A DNA stretch of 64,000 bases from Chrysiogenales bacterium (GTDB taxonomy: Bacteria > Acidobacteriota > Aminicenantia > UBA2199). The notes under the pieces are model-generated. The model was not told the DNA's origin. It did no database searches and saw only the letters and a program-made list of their open reading frames with translations. Of the stretch, positions 62,454 through 64,000 are shown one piece after another (position 1 is the stretch's first letter; every line of letters begins with the position of its first letter). The stretch covers positions 70,375 to 134,374 of the forward strand of contig CAVOXU010000003.1 of NCBI GenBank assembly GCA_963700535.1, read 5' to 3'. Made by a program: the position numbers and the translations under genes.

Positions 62454-63328
62454 TGGCCCAGCAAAGATTCCACAAAATCATTTTCGGAAAACTCCCACAG
62501 GTCGTTTTCCGTTTCACCGTTCCCGGTAAAAAACACCGGCAACTTGAGCCGGTCGGCAATGCTGATGATGGTGCCGCCTTTGGCCGTGCCGTCCAGCTTG
62601 GCCAGGACCATGCCGTTTATCCCTGAAAACTCCCTGAATTTCTCGGCCTGCACCAGGGCGTTCTGTCCGCTGGAAGCGTCCAGGACCAGCCAGGTTTCGG
62701 CCGGCTGGTCGGCGGCAAATTTTTTGATTATCTTGATGATCTTTGCCAATTCCTTCATCAGGTTGTCCTTGCTTTGCATGCGGCCGGCCGTGTCAATGAT
62801 CAGCAGGTCGAAATTTTTGCTTTGCCAGGACTGCAGGCTGTTGAATACGACCGAGCCGGGATCGGCGCCGCGGTCGCCGCCGACAACCGGGATGTTCAGT
62901 TTCTGGCCCCATAGTGACAGCTGGCTGGAACCGGCAGCCCGAAAGGTGTCGGCCGCGGCCAGGAGCACGCTGCGGCCGCGTTTTTGATAGTAGTGGGCCA
63001 GCTTGGCGGCGCTGGTCGTTTTGCCGCTGCCGTTGACCCCGACCAGCAGGATGACATTCCTGCCGCCGCTGGCCAGGGGCGAGCGGCGCGTCCCGGAAAA
63101 AACCGCCAGCAGTTCCCGGCGCAGCAGTTCGTTGCAGCTTTCCATACTGGAAGCGCTTTTGGCCTTTTTGCCGATATTGGTCATGATGGCTTCGACTGCC
63201 GGCAGGGAGATGTCGGCCAGGATCAGCAGCTCCTCCAATTCGCCCAGGACCTCTTCCTTGTTCTTGCCGGAGGTAAAAAGCGCGTTCAGCTTGGTCCGCA
63301 GCGCTGTTTTGAAGAGTTCTAGAGCCAT
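62450..63328 (-). CDS. ftsY: signal recognition particle receptor FtsY (NG domain only)
   Basis: 'GVNGSGKTT', 'ADTFRAA', 'DTAGR', 'KLDGTAKGG'. Confidence 0.95.
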   Translation of the reverse strand: MALELFKTALRTKLNALFTSGKNKEEVLGELEELLILADISLPAVEAIMTNIGKKAKSASSMESCNELLRRELLAVFSGTRRSPLASGGRNVILLVGVNGSGKTTSAAKLAHYYQKRGRSVLLAAADTFRAAGSSQLSLWGQKLNIPVVGGDRGADPGSVVFNSLQSWQSKNFDLLIIDTAGRMQSKDNLMKELAKIIKIIKKFAADQPAETWLVLDASSGQNALVQAEKFREFSGINGMVLAKLDGTAKGGTIISIADRLKLPVFFTGNGETENDLWEFSENDFVESLLGQ

Positions 63329-63334
63329 GGCAGC

Positions 63335-63363
63335 ATTATAATGGATTGAATGACCCTTTTCAA
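63335..63363 (-). promoter_or_regulatory. sigma70 promoter, probably leaderless, for ftsY-rib operon
   Basis: TTGAAA, 17 bp spacer, TATAAT, then 6 nt to ATG 63328. No SD. Confidence 0.6.
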
Positions 63364-63401
63364 TCGGGCTTGACGCAGACTCCCCTGCCGGCGGCAGGTC
63401 G

Positions 63402-63893
63402 TTAAAAGAATCCCACTACCATCCCGACCAGGCCGGCGATGATGTTGGTCCAGATATCGTTGGCGTCGACCACCCGGTTGTGGAAAAAGACCTGGACCAG
63501 TTCAAAAGCGAAGGCGGAAACGAAAAGGATGAAAAAGGGCAGGGCCGAAGAAGCTTTTTTATTTTCCCTGAAAAGCAGCACGCCCAGGATGAAAAATTCG
63601 GCAATGTGCAGGAAATTGGAAAAAAATATCCTGTTCAGGAATATGCGGCGCTGGAAAAGAAAATAAAAAATGATCGCGGCCGCAAGGAGTATGGCGGCAT
63701 TGTCCAGGGCTTTGCCTGAAGTGATCGCCTTGAAAAATGCCAGGGCGAAGAACGCCAGCAAAATTCCCAACAGGACATAATTGCTGAAGTGGAACACGCT
63801 GGCCCCCACCAGCAGGTTCTTGATCTGCACGTGAAACGGGGATGTGACCAGCAGGATCAGGATGTATAGCAGGGAAAATTTGAATTTTTTCAA
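63402..63893 (-). CDS. VanZ-like membrane protein
   Basis: 'HIAEFFILG', 'ELVQVF...RVVDANDIWTNIIAG'. Confidence 0.7.
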   Translation of the reverse strand: MKKFKFSLLYILILLVTSPFHVQIKNLLVGASVFHFSNYVLLGILLAFFALAFFKAITSGKALDNAAILLAAAIIFYFLFQRRIFLNRIFFSNFLHIAEFFILGVLLFRENKKASSALPFFILFVSAFAFELVQVFFHNRVVDANDIWTNIIAGLVGMVVGFF

Positions 63894-64000
63894 TTTTTCT
63901 CTTTATCTGTTTCCTTTTCCTTTAAGGCCGGCGCCAGTTTTTCCAGGATCTTGCCCTTGATCTCCTCGAACAGGGTCAGGTTTTCCTCGAACAGCTTGCG
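63890..64000 (-). CDS. C-terminal fragment of a gene extending past the window; resembles the RecA C-terminus
   Basis: 37 codons 'RKLFEENLTLFEEIKGKILEKLAPALKEKETDKEKN*'. The stop overlaps the next TTG. Too short to be sure. Confidence 0.4.
   Translation of the reverse strand, partial: RKLFEENLTLFEEIKGKILEKLAPALKEKETDKEKN

Noticed and set aside
63384-63398. Short palindrome CCTGCCGGCGGCAGG between the VanZ-like gene and ftsY
   Set aside because: It is a single short copy that cannot be distinguished from a weak terminator or chance.

Overview
64 kb of a bacterial chromosome carrying about 65 mostly housekeeping genes: aspS, hisS, tyrS, rpsA plus a second S1 paralog, ispH, hutU, dnaK, surE, guaB, secA, psd, asnB, hup-dprA-topA-trmFO-xerC, envC, fused lptF/G, korDABC and ftsY-ribD-ribE-ribBA. 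There are three tRNAs (Cys-GCA, Gly-GCC, Pro-GGG) and a stretch of small accessory transport and redox genes at 2.1-9.7 kb. Gene content (Lpt, beta-barrel, 2-oxoacid:ferredoxin oxidoreductase, DUF362) indicates an anaerobic diderm; an Aminicenantes/Acidobacteriota-like lineage is an inference only. I found no CRISPR array, prophage or transposase. About 15 single-base frameshifts, several in normally intact genes, look like long-read consensus errors, and they create two false fusions in the ORF track. The strongest novelty candidate is 19761-21524: a spermidine-synthase domain fused to two tandem S-adenosylmethionine-decarboxylase-like domains that have lost active-site residues reciprocally. 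Copy 1 keeps the pyruvoyl Ser and Cys; copy 2 keeps the partner Ser and His. This mirrors how the eukaryotic single-chain AdoMetDC is built. Other leads are a ~155-nt structured RNA candidate next to secA, a DnaA-box cluster before dnaK, several apparently leaderless genes, REP/REPIN-like palindromes, an ANKH-like transporter and a Tat-type Cys-rich protein. All calls come from reading motifs by eye; no database searches were run.
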